Positions 1 to 12,322 of a stretch of DNA of 61,322 nucleotides are shown one piece after another; the first letter of the stretch is position 1; every line of letters starts with the position of its first letter. The notes beneath the pieces are model-generated. The model searched no databases and was not told where the DNA came from. It saw only the letters and a list, made by a program, of their open reading frames with translations. The position numbers and the translations under genes were made by a program. The stretch comes from Euglena gracilis (lineage: Eukaryota), in the NCBI GenBank assembly GCA_039621445.1, contig CP154954.1:2976001-3037322 (forward strand), given 5' to 3'.

Positions 1-105
1 TGAGAGGGGGAATTAAAATGGCAGTCAAAACAAATTGATGGTGAAGATATCACGGCAGCTGTTTTTTGTTGCACCCACCAATGGGTTCAAGCACCCCCCC
101 AGCCC

Positions 106-357
106 CAGGCGCTTGGCTCCACTCCTCCTTGCATGCGCACCTGTCCCCCTAAAGTTGGGCTTCAGCCTTCCCTTGCCACCTTGGCCGCCCATTTTTTAAG
201 GTTTTTGGCCCAGTTTGTGCATGGCCTGCCGAAATTCTGAACATGCAAACTTGGCCCCCTAAGTTTGGCCCTCCCGGCCTTGCCATCACAGTTGACGGCA
301 AGGCCAGGGTTCCAACCTTCGGTACAAGCGCAGCCAAGTCGGGGGCCAAGCGCCCAG
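106..357. repeat. Short TIR-like element (caggcgcttggc...gccaagcgccca); inverted homolog at ~22885-23085
   Basis: Imperfect terminal inverted repeat; the reverse complement of ~106-295 aligns by eye with ~22900-23085. Confidence 0.55.
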
Positions 358-761
358 TATGCAATTTGCCCCCTTTCAATCGTGGCTTGGGCAAATCCCC
401 CGGCTGGGGGGGGGGTGGCCGATTTGGGCCACAGAAATGAACCAAGATATTGGCCCGGAGGAGGTCAGGCAGATGGAAGGGGGTCCCGGACCTCCCAAGT
501 AAAGTCATCGATGACCATTCACTGGGGAGGGGTACCCTCGGCCGGTGAACCTCACCAGTTTGAGGCCCAGGGGTGAAATTTTGATGTGCCTCTTCTGTTG
601 CGTATATTTTTTTTTGTTCTTTTTCCACACCCCCTGCTCAGCCTGCAGTCCAATTTTTGGCTGGTCTAGAGGTGACCCCACGTGGACTGGCACGGGGACT
701 TGCACCGGCACAGTGTGGAAGCTGCCCCTGCAGCTCGCTTCGCTCGGAGCCCCCCCTCTTG

Positions 762-3112
762 ATGACCTTCCCCCTAGACTCCACCGCCACGCTCCGTGGG
801 TCTGCGATCGAGGAGATTGCCGCCCTTGTCGTCTTCCTCCCCCTGGCGCCCGCCCCGCCTGCCCGGTGGTCTCTCAGCCGGAGGGCCCGTAACCGGCGGC
901 AGCACGCACTACACGGAAACCCCCCGGCTGAGCAGCGGCGACCCCCACGCGGCGGCCGTCAGCCGGAGCTCAACCAGCGGCAGCTTCAAGAGTTACAGGA
1001 GGCGAGGACGCTGCGCGCTGCGGGATGGACAATACCGGCTTCGGTGGAGGACACGTCCCTCGTGCGGGTGTACGACACCCGCCTCTCGGTGGACTGGTTG
1101 CGCGACGTGGCCGCGGAGGTACGGCTCATCGACGACCCGGACACGGTCGTGGTGGTGGGGGGCGATTTTGCCTCCCAGGCAGACATCTGTGATGCATCAG
1201 CGCTCGCACCGGCGGTACCGCGGAGGTGGGGCCAGCGCCCCTCCCACATCATCATCCCGCCGCGGGAGCACCTCGGCGTCTGGATCCAGCGGCTGCGCAG
1301 TCAGCTCGATTTGGAGGACCCTTCCACCGTGTACAGCATCGCCGCGGTGGTGGACCGGGACAGCTGTCCCCAGGAGCTCAACGCCATGGCCCTGCGTCGG
1401 CTCCTTCCCGCGGCTGGCCCGCTCTTCGATGACCGGCGGGTATCCGTGGAGGCGGTGGCGGTAGCCGAGCGGCCACCCCTCTTGCGCGTGCCCGCCTCTG
1501 AACGTCGGCTGCCCCCGGAGGAGTGGGAGAGGGCTTTCCTCGCCCGCAACAAGGTCCTCATGCTGCTGCATGTCCGGCGCCTGCCTCAGGCCATTCCGGC
1601 CACGGCTGATCCACTGATGCCAACGGGAAGGTGGATCCGCGGCTCGTTACCGGATCCGGAGCCCAACCACCTCGAGCTCCTCCGAGTGGAATTTGAGCTG
1701 CCCCCGGCGACGCGGCAACGCAACGCGGAGCGGGAGCGGCGGCGCGCGCGCTGTCGAAGGTGGCGGGCGCGGTGGGGGTGGTCTTCGGCCCCGCTCACCA
1801 GCTGCGGGGCATCCAGCCCACCCATGGCGGAGTACTGGCCCTGCTGGCCGTACCGCGGCCGGAGGCGCTGCGCTGGTTGAAGGGAAGCGGCTGTGGAGGC
1901 CTCTTCGTGAGACCCTTCTGGACCCGCGATACGTGTCTTTCACTTCAGCGGCAGCAGTTCAATCTGTTGTACCTCAAGAACAGGCGTGCGGAGGCTGCTC
2001 GGTTGTGGGATGCCCTCCACGACCTGCAAGGGGTGGTCGGCCTGCTGCCGGCCGAGAAGGACATCGCCGTGCGCATCAGTGCGGCCTCGGGAGCGCCGGC
2101 GGATGAGGTGCAGGCCCGCGTCCGGGTTGCCCTCCAAGATCCCCAGGCGGCTGTACGACAACAAGTGCCAGGTGCGGTGTGGTGGAGGCTGGGGCCGCTG
2201 TCCGACGCCGACCTCTTCCGCGTGCGGGACCTCATCGCCCTGACTGGTCTGTCCCCGCTGCGCGACGAAGTGCGATTCGGTGGGGCGGGGCAATTCCGGC
2301 GCGTCGCCTTCTTCCAAGCCACGGGGCGGCCCACACGCTCCTCCCTCGACGACGGTGGCTGGGGCCGTTCTACGTGCTCCGCCGTGCTAACTCGCGCCGA
2401 CCCCCCTCCCCGCCGGCAGCCCACGTCTTCGACATCCCCCCTTCAGCCGCCTCCCGCCCACCACCCAGAGACCTTCCCGCCTCCGCGATCTGGGGCGGCC
2501 CGCGGCTTCACTCCACAGCTTCAGCCCGCCCGCCGCCGAACTCGCTCCTTCCGCAGCCAGCCCCCCCGCCCGCAGCGCCGGCCGCCCTCGTCTCCCGCGC
2601 CACGGCACGCGCCGCTCGGCGCCAGCAGCCCGCCCCCCTTCCGTAGCCGCCCAGCCCCCGTGGATTCACGGCTTCTCCCGCCCCGACCGCTTCGGCCCCC
2701 GGCATCGCGGACTTGGTGGCAGAGCTGCGCAGTATGCGGCAGGCCCTTGACCGGCAGGCGGTGGAACTCGCAGAACTCCGCCGGGAAAATGCCGAGCTCC
2801 GACGTCAGCTTGCGGCCACCCGCCCTGCCACGCGCGTCAACCTCTTCCAGCATCAACCTTACGCGTCCCCGAACCCCGCCCCTGCCCACCTGCCTCACGA
2901 GACCCTCTTGAGCCAGGACGAGCGCATCGCCGCCGCCTTGCATGTCCCTGAGCCCGCGGCTGCCGCGCGCCCCGCCACCCCACCCACGGACATCGTCATG
3001 CGGGTGGATGACAGCGATGCTCGAGGCCGACATCGGCGAGGTCACCCCCGAGAAGCCGGCCGCAAAGAAGCCCCTGCGCGCCGCCTCGGTGGATGGCAGC
3101 CGCCATGTCTAG
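762..3112 (+). pseudogene. LINE ORF1-like protein, frameshifted (~1735, ~2500-2700, ~3010), with a coiled-coil segment near the C-terminus
   Basis: ATG at 762; ORFs 657-1880, 1760-2911 and 2713+ join across frameshifts; heptad-like LVAELRSMRQALDRQAVELAELRRENAELRRQL; probable stop TAG 3110-3112 overlapping the ORF2 start. Confidence 0.7.
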
Positions 3113-6100
3113 CATGGCCGCGTTGGGGGCTCTTGCCCCCACCGGAGGAGTCCAGGCTCCCGTCCTGCGGATCGGGACCTGGAATATGTCCCATTGGACG
3201 CCAGCAAAGGTGTCCGCCGTCGCCGCCCTCTCGTTCGACATCCTCGCCGTCCAAGAAACCCATCTGGCGGCCGTCCTCGTGGAGCCTGCGCACACCACCG
3301 TCCGGCACCTCGACCTGCACCTCCACCATGGCCGCCCTGCTCCCCTGCTGGCGCACTCCGAGCATGGTCGCTCCGTCGGCGTCGGCTTCCTTTGCCGCCG
3401 GGGCCTCCCCGTATCCCCCGTCGTCCCCCAGTTCCCCGCGTGGTGCCGCCTCTCCCTGATGCGCCGCCTCCATGCCGTCTCCCTGGCCCCCCGCCCGGAC
3501 CTCCCCCGCGGCCTCCTTCTGCTATCCGTCTATGCCCCCCTGGACCGGCAATCCGCCGAACGCGCCGCCTTCGACCTGGCCTTCGAGGAGCTGTCCCACT
3601 CCCTCGACATGCAGGTCCCCACTCTCCTCCTCGGCGACTGGAACGGCTCCGCCCTCCCGTCGCGCGACTATTGCAGCCGCTCCGGCCGCCAACGCCCGCC
3701 CTGCCCCCTCCTCTCCCACCTGGCGGGTCCCGGTGCCCCGTGGTCCGACGTCCACGCCACCCTGCTGCCGGAGCCCCTGCCCATGACCTTCCGCTCGCCC
3801 CTCTCCTCCGGAGCCGTCGCCGCGTCCCGCATCGACCTGATCCTGGCGAACTCCGCCGCCCTTCCCCTGCTCCGCTCTGCGACGGTCGACGAGGACTTCC
3901 GCGACGGAGGGCACTCCCCAGCCTTTGTCTCCCTCACCCTCTCATCCGGCCGCATCGACTGGTGCCCCCCGCTGCCGCGCCCTCCCCCCCTCCTCTATGG
4001 CCCCTCCGCCGACCTCGCCTCCTCAGAGCAGTGGTCCGACCTGCTGCGCCGATGGACCTCCTCCCCGGAAGCCGCCGCCCTGTCCCCGTCCTCAGCCCAC
4101 TCCCTGGAGTCCCTCTCCCGCGCCTTGCACGCCGCCCTGCACCGCCTGGTGGCCCTCGCCGGTGGTTTGTCCCCACGCTCCTCCGTCCGCCGGCCCGCCT
4201 ATGACTCCCCGAAGGTGCTCCAGCTCCGCGGCGCCCTCTCCCTGCTCCACCGCCTGGAGAAGCTCACCTCCGCCCCACCGCACCCCGGCCCCTGGCCGCT
4301 CACTTGGTGCCGAATCCTGGACTCCCTCGATCACCGCGGAATACATCTGCCCCGCACCTCCGTGCCGCCCCTGCGCTCCGCCATCGCCTCCGAAGCAGCT
4401 TCCTGCCGCTCGTCCCTGGATCGTGAACTCCATGCCCTCCGCCGTGCGCGACACTCCCGATGGCAAGCCGCGCTACCACGCCTGTGGCACGAACGCCCAG
4501 CCGCCGTCTTCCGGTGGCTCAAGGCGGAGTCCATCCCCTTCGGCTCCCGCCCCGTCCTCGACGCCTCCGGCCATCAATGCCTCTCACGCCGCGACGTGGA
4601 CGCCGCAGTGCGGGCCTTCTGGGTGGACGAGGTCCTGCGTCAGCACGCGGACCAGTGCCCCACGGAAAGATGGACGGCCTTCGTCTCCTCGGAGTTCGGC
4701 CCCCATATCCCTTCCGCATCATGGCCTTCGGCGTCCTGGTCCGAAGACCGCGTCCGGGCTGCCCTGAGGAGCATGCGCGACGCCGCGGCCCCCGGCATGA
4801 ACGGCGTGCCCCTCGCCGCCTGGAAGGCCATGCCGCCAGTGTGGTTCGCCGCCATCGCGCGCTTGCTCAACCTCGTGGAGCGGGAGCGGCGTTGGCCGCC
4901 GGAGTGGCTCAACGCCTACGTCGCCATGATCCCGAAGTCCTCTGGCGGCTCCCGCCCCCAAGATCAACGCCCCATCACCGTGCTGGAGGTGGTGTACCGC
5001 GTGTGGTCGAAGGGCACCATCTCGTTGTGGGGCCCCGTGCTCCAGCAGTTCTTCCTCAGTGACGCCGTCTTCGGCTTCCGCTCCCAGCGCAGCACCCTCC
5101 ACGCTGCCCAAGTCGTCTCCGACCTCATCCATTCCGCCGCCGCGGAGAACTCCGAGCTGTGGCTTGCCTCCTTCGACGTGGTGAAGTGCTTCGACTCCCT
5201 CCCATGGTGGGCAGTCTTTGGTACCTTGCGCCACGCCGGGATCCCGGCGGCCACCGTCGACTGCTTCGAGGCCTTCTATGGCTCCCTGCAGCGCCGCTTC
5301 CGCTACGGCAGCGTCGACGGAGCATCGTGGTCCGCCGCCAATGGGCTCGCCCAGGGGTGCCCTGCCAGCCCAGACCTGCTCAACATCCTCTTCGAAGCGT
5401 TCCACCGGTGGGCGGCCTCCTCCGGTTGTGGCCTCTCCGTCGCCGGCATCCACGTGGCGTCCCTCAGCTTCGCCGATGACCTCGTCCTCGTCGGGCGTAA
5501 TGCGGCCGGCATCTCCACCCTGGTGGATGGTTACCTCCGCTGGTGCTCCCTCCTCGGCGTGCGGATCACCAAGGTGCAGCTCTGGTCCTCCCTGGGCTCG
5601 GGTCACACCGTCACCGTCGGCTCCTCCACCTTCTGCTCCGCCCCCGGGTTCCGCTTCGTCGGCATCGAACTCGGCCTCCCCGAGCCATCCGCCTCCCGGA
5701 CCCACTTCGGCCCCCGCATCCGCAACGCCCTCGCCGCCGCCAGCCGCCTCCGCTCCCTGCCTCTGCCCGCCGCCATCTGCTGTACTCTGTGGCGGACTGC
5801 CGTGCTGCCGAAGGCTCTGTACGGCTGTCAACTCCGCCGCGTGCTGCCCTCCGACCTCGCCCCGCTAGCCGCCGCCGGCAAGTCGCTGTTCCACAAACCG
5901 CCGCTCGAGCTCAACCTCTGGCGGAGTCCGGACATCGCCATGGGCCTCCCCCTGGGCGCTTCCGCCGTCCGCGCTCCCATCGCCGAGGCCCGCCTCCTGC
6001 AGCTCCGCTGGCTGCAACTCCTGGCCAACTCCCCAACCCTCGTCGGCACCATCCACCGCGCCGTGGCCTGCCCCGCTTCGGAATGGCATGAGCCCTCCCC

Positions 6101-7165
6101 CGCCCTCCAGTCCGCCCTCACCGCCCTAGGCTGGTCGATCCGGCGCAACCCCGCCTCCGCCCTCGCCGCCGCCTGGCCTTCCCTCGCCCCCGAGTGCTCT
6201 TTCCCCGGAGAGATCTCCCTCGCCCCGCCGGCAGCTTCCCCCTCCCAGAGGCAGCCTTCACCGACGGCTCCCTCGGCCCCCAAGGTGGTGCAGCGGTCTG
6301 GTGCCCCGACACCGCAACGTCCATCCTCCTCACCGTCCCTTCCCCGCGCAGCAGTACACACTGCGAGCTCGCCGCCCTGGGTTCCGCCCTCTCCCTCTGC
6401 CCCCCCGAGGTGTTCACGGACTCGCTGTGCTCCCTCCAGCTGCTCCGTGGATGGGGCATGCGCCCGCTGTCCGCCGTCCTCCGCTGCCCCGACCGCTTCG
6501 ATGTCCGCCACGTCCTCGCCCTCGCCCGCTCCTGCTCCTCCCCGCCGGCCCTCCGTAAAGTGAAGGCGCACGACGACGCGGCCATCTCTGCCGGCCACCC
6601 CCTGGCCTTGGGCAACGACTCCGCCGACTCCTTGGCGAAGCGGGCAGCTCACTCCCCAAACCTCCCCGCCTGGGCCCCCCCTGCGGCATGCCGAGATGCG
6701 GTCGACCTCCTCGACGCCGTGGGCTCCCCGGTCCTGGACATCGAGAGGCACTTCCCCCTGGCGTGGTGGGACCGCCAGCGCCGGAATTGGGGGCCCCCCG
6801 GCTCCCGGCCGCGCCTCGAACCCCTCTTTCCCCCAGACGTGGTCTTCGACTGGTCGGTCTCCACCATCATCTTCGCCCGACCCTCCCTCCGCTCCAACGC
6901 CTTCCACCCCCCTGTGGCCCCCGCCGTCATCAAATGGGTAGCCCGCGTGCGCTCGGGCTGCCTCGCCACCCAGGCTCGGCGAGTGCGGTGCGGATTCGCC
7001 ACGGACCCCGCCTGCCCATGTTGCGGTGTGGAGGAGGAGGACGACCTCCACCTGCTGGCTGGCTGTCCGGCCACCGGTTCCGCGGACTGGTCGGTCGCCA
7101 TCCCGGAGACTTGGCTGTCCGCCGCCCGCCGCTGCGACCTCTCCATCCCCCTCGGCACCCTCCAG
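3093..7165 (+). pseudogene. LINE ORF2 polyprotein (APE endonuclease, reverse transcriptase, RNase H, CCHC knuckle) with one frameshift at ~6215-6245
   Basis: APE: IGTWNM, DILAVQETHL, SVYAP, LLGDWN, SRIDLIL, GGHSP. RT: APGMNG, MIPK, RPITVLEVVYR, FDVVKCFD, GLAQGCPASP, FADD. In the 6194 frame, RNase H: FTDGS, CELAAL, FTDS, KVKAH, GNDSADSLAK; and CPCCGVEEEDDLHLLAGC. Confidence 0.93.
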
Positions 7166-7898
7166 ATTAGCTCCGGCTCCACGAGGGGGGCTGCTCGAGG
7201 CCTCACGGGGGTCCTCTGCTGTGTTCAGCTGGATGTTGGTTGGAGGTTTGGGAAATGGCTGCAAACCCTCCGAAACAAAACGGACCGCCCCGGCAATGGT
7301 GTGTCGTCGGCCCCTGGTGCCTGTGGTGTACCGTGCGGCTCTTAGGTGTGGACCTCCTCCTCCACAACCTCGACGATGGGGGCTCTGAGAGGCAGTGTGG
7401 GGATGGCCGCCAGGGTGTCCAGACACGAGCTGAGATCGCTCATTTGGCTGTGGAACTGGGGGGACTTGCGGGGGCGGGGGTTGTGGGCGGTGTGGGACAA
7501 AGGTCTGCCAGAACAATGGATTGTTGGCTTGCCTGATGTGTGGGGCTGGGTACCTGGGGTTTGGGGGCACGAGCTGACCCTTGGGACTTGGGAGCGCAGG
7601 TATTGAAGCATCTTCCGAAACCAGTTGTGGAACTCTTTGGTGCGGACATCGGAGGCCTGCCACCGGCGTTGCAGGAAGCAGCTCCAGACCGAACAATCGA
7701 GTTTCTCAGGGTAGGGCGACGTTGGCGACGCTCTCTTTGAAGTCCCGCATATGGGAGAATGCTTTCCTAGCTTGCGATGAAGCGCCCCATCAGCACCCCA
7801 CCAAGCTGCGGGCGGGGTCGGTGGTGTCTCACTCGGGGTATGGAAGGGGACTCCTCCTCGCGGTCGAAGAGCGTGGTACGTAGGCGATGATGCGGCAG
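7166..7898 (-). pseudogene. Decayed fragment of a second LINE ORF2 (linker up to RT N-terminus) in opposite orientation
   Basis: Minus-strand LQRRWQASDVRTKEFHNWFR and EEEVHT*EPHGTPQAPGADD parallel SRWQAALPRLWHERPAAVFRWL and EDRVRAALRSMRDAAAPGMNG of the adjacent ORF2, in the same order. Confidence 0.6.
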
Positions 7899-8093
7899 TA
7901 AATGCCAAAATTTCGCCCATTTTCCTGTGTATTTTTCACTGAGTGTGCTGGGACAGCGGAGTTTTTTTTATTTGCTTAAGGACCGCCCTGGCTGTGCCCA
8001 GCGTGTCGGCTTCCACAGAAACCCCAGATGTACGCCTGCTCTCTTCTGACAGGGTTCTCCGGCAAGTCTTTGCCCCGGCCCCCCCTCCCAAAT

Positions 8094-8195
8094 ATGGCCG
8101 CCCCGTTCAGCCTCTTGCAGCAGCTCCCCGGCAAGTCCGACCTGTGGCTGCAGCTGCGCGGCTCCGAAGCGGCTCGGACTGCGCCCAGACCACAT
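8094..8195 (+). repeat. Conserved coding-like module copy 1 (MAAPFSLLQQLPGKSDLWLQLRGSEAARTAPRPH)
   Basis: One of five copies in the window; differences between copies are mostly synonymous. Confidence 0.8.
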
Positions 8196-9996
8196 CACAC
8201 GGTAGACCCTGAAGATCGTTGCCTGCCACCCTGTGAAGTTGCCTTCATCCCCTGGCCTCATATCCAATCTTGACCATGCACATGGGGGGAAGAAACCCGG
8301 TTTTGTGATATTGATTGGAGAGGCACGGGAACTTTTGTCGGAGTCACAACATTTCCAGCATTCATACAAATCAGACCCCCTTTCACTCCACTAAGTAACC
8401 GATTACGTCCAAAGTGTTTCATTAGTCACACAACACCCACTGGGTAGCCTCACAACAAAAAGTAACAAATTGTGCGCGCAATTGCGCAAGTAAAATGGTA
8501 CCACTTTTCATCACTGACACAATCCTGGGCGTCACAAACCCCTTCTCAGCAGCTCAATCCACAATTGAGACAACAATCGTTTGATGCGCGCAGTTGCGCA
8601 AGTGTGCAATGCGCCATAAGTAAATTTCTGTTGAACATCAATTAGAAGGTTCATTCATTCATTCAAAATTCACCGGGCGTTTCGTCACCCTTGTCCAGGA
8701 CAGGGGGTGTCACACCCCTCTTCGGACACACTCAATTCCATCGTACTTCGCAATCGGTGGCACCCAACACACCCTCGCAATAATTCTCAATTCCATCAAG
8801 GGTGTCCAGTTTCATCGTCAGCCAAACCATTGATATCCACAGGGCACGTTGGGGCACCCAAAAGTCCAAAACCGCACGCCGCCAGATCTGGCCAGGCGCT
8901 TGCCGCGGGCAGCTGTGGGGTGGTAGTGGGTGTGGATGGGTGCCCCGCGGGCAGCGTGAAAGAAAGCAGCTGCGGAGAGGGACAGGTACAAATTTCACGC
9001 GCCCGTCCGGTCGCGAAGTCCGGTTAGGACTTTGTATTTGAAGGGGTTCGAATTGCCCAGCCCTAACGAGTTCCGTTCGCGATCACAAATTTTTTTTTCG
9101 GCGGTCAGGGTACAGGGTCCCAGGGGTTACAAAAAAAGTGGTACATTTGCGCAATTGCGCAAATCCAACGGAAAAAAGCTTAAGTGCGAATTCGGCCGCC
9201 TAAGTCTCAGGGTAGGGCGACGTTGGCGACGCTCTCTTTGAAGTCCTGCACATGGGAGAATCCTAGCTTGCGATGAAGCGTCCCATCAGCACCCCACCAA
9301 GCTGCGGGCGGGGGGTCGGTGGTGTCTCACTTGGGGTATGGAAGGGGACTCCTCCTCGCGGTCGAAGAGCGTGGTACGTAGGCGATGATGCGGCAGCGGA
9401 CACCGAGGGAGAAAACGTCAGCAGGGTCTGTGAGGTCTGGTTGAGGGTCATAAGTAAATTCTTCACAAGTAAGGGTACGTTTTGTGCAAAAGTACATCAA
9501 TGTGGTGATTTTTGGCTCAAAGCACTGGTAGGAACAAATCCACGTTTTTGGATTGTGGTCTTGGACCTGACCTGGAAAATCGGTGCACGGTCCTTAAGGG
9601 ACAGGAAGTTTTTTTTTATTATTTCCTTAAGGACCGCCTCCCATTCAGCCAAAGGGCCGGCTAAGGGCCAGACTGGGACTTGAACGGGGGCAAAAAATTA
9701 AACAGTCAAAAACACAGTTTTTGATGATTTGGGTGGATGGACGATGGTCCAAGGGTGCCAGGAATCATTTTTTTGCCTGATGTCGACCTGCTCTCGCTGT
9801 AAATGCCAAAATTTCGCCCATTTTCCGGTGTATTTTTCACTGAGTGTGCTGGCTCAGCGGAGTTTTTTATTATATTTGCTTAAGGACCGCCCTGGCTGTG
9901 CCCAGCGTGGCGGCTTCCACAGAAACCCCAGATGAACGCCTGCTCTCTTCTGACAGGGTTCTCCGGCAAGTCTTTGCCCCGGCCCCCCTCCCAAAT

Positions 9997-10098
9997 ATGG
10001 CCGCCCCGTTCAGCCTCTTGCAGCAGCTCCCCGGCAAGTCCGACCTGTGGCTGCAGCTGCGCGGCTCCGAAGCGGCTCGGACTGCGCCCAGACCACAT
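9997..10098 (+). repeat. Conserved coding-like module copy 2
   Basis: Same peptide as 8094-8195; part of the local duplication. Confidence 0.8.
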
Positions 10099-11937
10099 CA
10101 CGCGGTAGACCCTGAAGATCGTTGCCTGCCACCTTGTGAAGTTGCCTTCATCCCCTGGCCTCATATCCAATCTTGACCATGCACATGGGGGGAAGAGACC
10201 CGGTTTTGTGATATTGATTGGAGAGGCACGGGAACTTTTGTCGGACCCCGGTGTGTCCAGCCAGCCAGCCAGCGTCTTTTCCCAGCCTCGGACCCCGTCC
10301 CCTGCATAGCCCGGTTTTAATCTCTGTCCAGCCCCCGAAGGGCGGCTGCAGTGTAGTGTATTTTTTCTTCAAATGCAAAGTGCATGGGTCAAAACGGGGA
10401 AACGGGGGAAGAATCGGTCGGATATGGCCTGCCTAGCTCAAAAATTGGTCAAAATCGATTTCTTTTACATGATTTGCAGATGGCTTTTTTTTCCTTCAGT
10501 TTCGATATTCTTCTAATGCCTGGCTCAACCCCACAACAAGTCAATTCCATCCGGGAGACTCTACGGCAGAGGGGTTGGTAGCAACATTTCGCTGACCGAC
10601 ATTGTGGCCTGCCCCCGCTCTCCGTCTTGCAGGCTCATCATACTCTCGTCGTGGCAGGAGGCATTGCTGGCTGACAAATTTGCAAGGGTGGACGGACCCA
10701 TGAGCGCCAGCGGGAATGCTTTTGAATCGGTCACACCAGCGAATGATAAAACTGGCAGTAGTTGCCACGTTCTCACATGCATTGACGACGTCAAGAGCCA
10801 CTCTTTTCAGCCACACGTGTGTGCCGTATGATCCAAAAAAGTTAGTCGATTATTTTGGGAAAGCGGCCGAAACCGATGAGGTATTTGGGCAATGGGAGGG
10901 TGCGTGCTGTCCACAGTCCCCGTGTTTTGGCTGTGGGGTGGCAGCAGAGAGATTCACCCTACCTGAGATGGAGGGCAGGTTGCTTTCAATTCAGCGGGCT
11001 TTCCGGCCACCTAATATTTAGTGGTTCAGACCAGCGCTGCGCAGGCAAGACTGAAAACTGGTCGTATGGTCATGGTCATAACACTCTGTCCATCCTCTTA
11101 TGGATCCAGGAGTTTACCGGACGCCCACCCTGTTGTAGGTAAAGCCCTGCTTTCAGGCATTATTTTTTTAAGTCAAATAACTTGAAACATTTCCAAGGTT
11201 TTAAAGTAGGCATTTTGCAGGGTTGCTTTAGTTTTTTTCCTTCGGATTTTCTTTCTTTTCGGTGTTTTAGGATTCTTTAGATTCCCAGGATATTTTTTAG
11301 AGGCCGCCTGGGCATCAAACGGGGTCCAAAATTACTAAGGTGAAACCCGTTTTCCTCAGTTAGAGTGGTGCCATAAATTCTTTTTTCCCGGAGTTGGTTT
11401 GCTTTTTTGTTTTTGCAACATCATTTTTGCTCGGTCAGAAACAAGCTTTGCCAGAATGATTTCTAAGAGTTTTTTTTTTTAGAGTTTTAAGGCTTTTTTC
11501 AAAATTTTGGCCATTTTTTCTGGTTTTTTAAGGTTTCCCCAGCACTGCTCCCAAGTCCCGACCCGTCCAAACCTGGGGGCCCTCTCCCCCCTCGTCGTTC
11601 CCCCAAGTCCCCCTACGGCTCCCAGTCCTCTCCTCCGCTGCCGTGGAGAACCATTGGCGGCCTCGATATCCGCCTGCGAGGCCGGATTCCCATGTGATTT
11701 TTTGTAAGTTTTGCCTGACATTGGCAGACGTGGATAATTGAACATTGGACAGAGATTCTATTTTGGAACGTTCCAACGTTGCTGTGCCTGGGGGGTCGGT
11801 AGCTGCGTTACGCTACAGGCCCGCACCTTTGGAGGACATGGCTGCCAGCTCCCTGCCCGCCCTCGAACCCCTGGCCCCCGGGGTGCTGGACTGCTGCCCC
11901 CCGCACTGCGGGCTGCGGCTCGCCGGGGCTCCCCGGG

Positions 11938-12322
11938 CAGGGTTTGATACAAGGAGGGCACATGGTTTAGGTGGGGGGGTGTCCCCACACCCCCCCCTCC
12001 TGGCCCGCAGGGGGGGGGTCCGGACCACCCCCCCCCCCACCTGCCAGGGGAGTCCGGACCGACCCTCGGGGGGTTCCCGGGACCCCCCCCCAAAAGGGCC
12101 AATTATTTCCTCCGGTACCAAATTTTTTTTGCATTTTTGGTACATTTTTTGCCCAAAAAGTGCCCAAAATGGCACTTTTGGTCGCTTTGGGGGGTCCAAA
12201 ATTTTCGGCCACCCTGACCGCGCACCTGTTTAGGTGGGGGGGGTGTCCCCCCCACCCCCCCCTCCTGGCCCGCAGGGGGGGGTGTCCGGCCCCCCCCCCA
12301 CCTGTCCTTATATCGAACCCTG
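11938..12322. mobile_element. hAT-like MITE, CAG...CTG ends, 8-bp TSD
   Basis: TIRs cagggtttgatacaagga / tccttatatcgaaccctg; perfect TSD tccccggg at 11930-11937 and 12323-12330. A related left end starts at 16571. Confidence 0.9.

Larger units (their letters stand above)
660..7165 (+). mobile_element. Non-LTR retrotransposon (LINE) with APE, RT, RNase H and CCHC domains; I-group/Ingi-like architecture; 3' end apparently truncated
   Basis: GC-rich two-ORF block with canonical APE/RT/RNase H motifs. No poly-A tail or TSD found; the 5' boundary is approximate. Confidence 0.92.
7704..10245 (+). repeat. Local direct duplication: 7704-7898 = 9205-9396 and 7899-8342 = 9800-10245
   Basis: Near-identical sequence; copy 1 lacks 9397-9799. 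Confidence 0.9.

Noticed and set aside
4719-7696. Long antisense ORFs (370 aa, 622 aa) over the LINE
   Set aside because: Expected shadows of a GC-rich coding strand.
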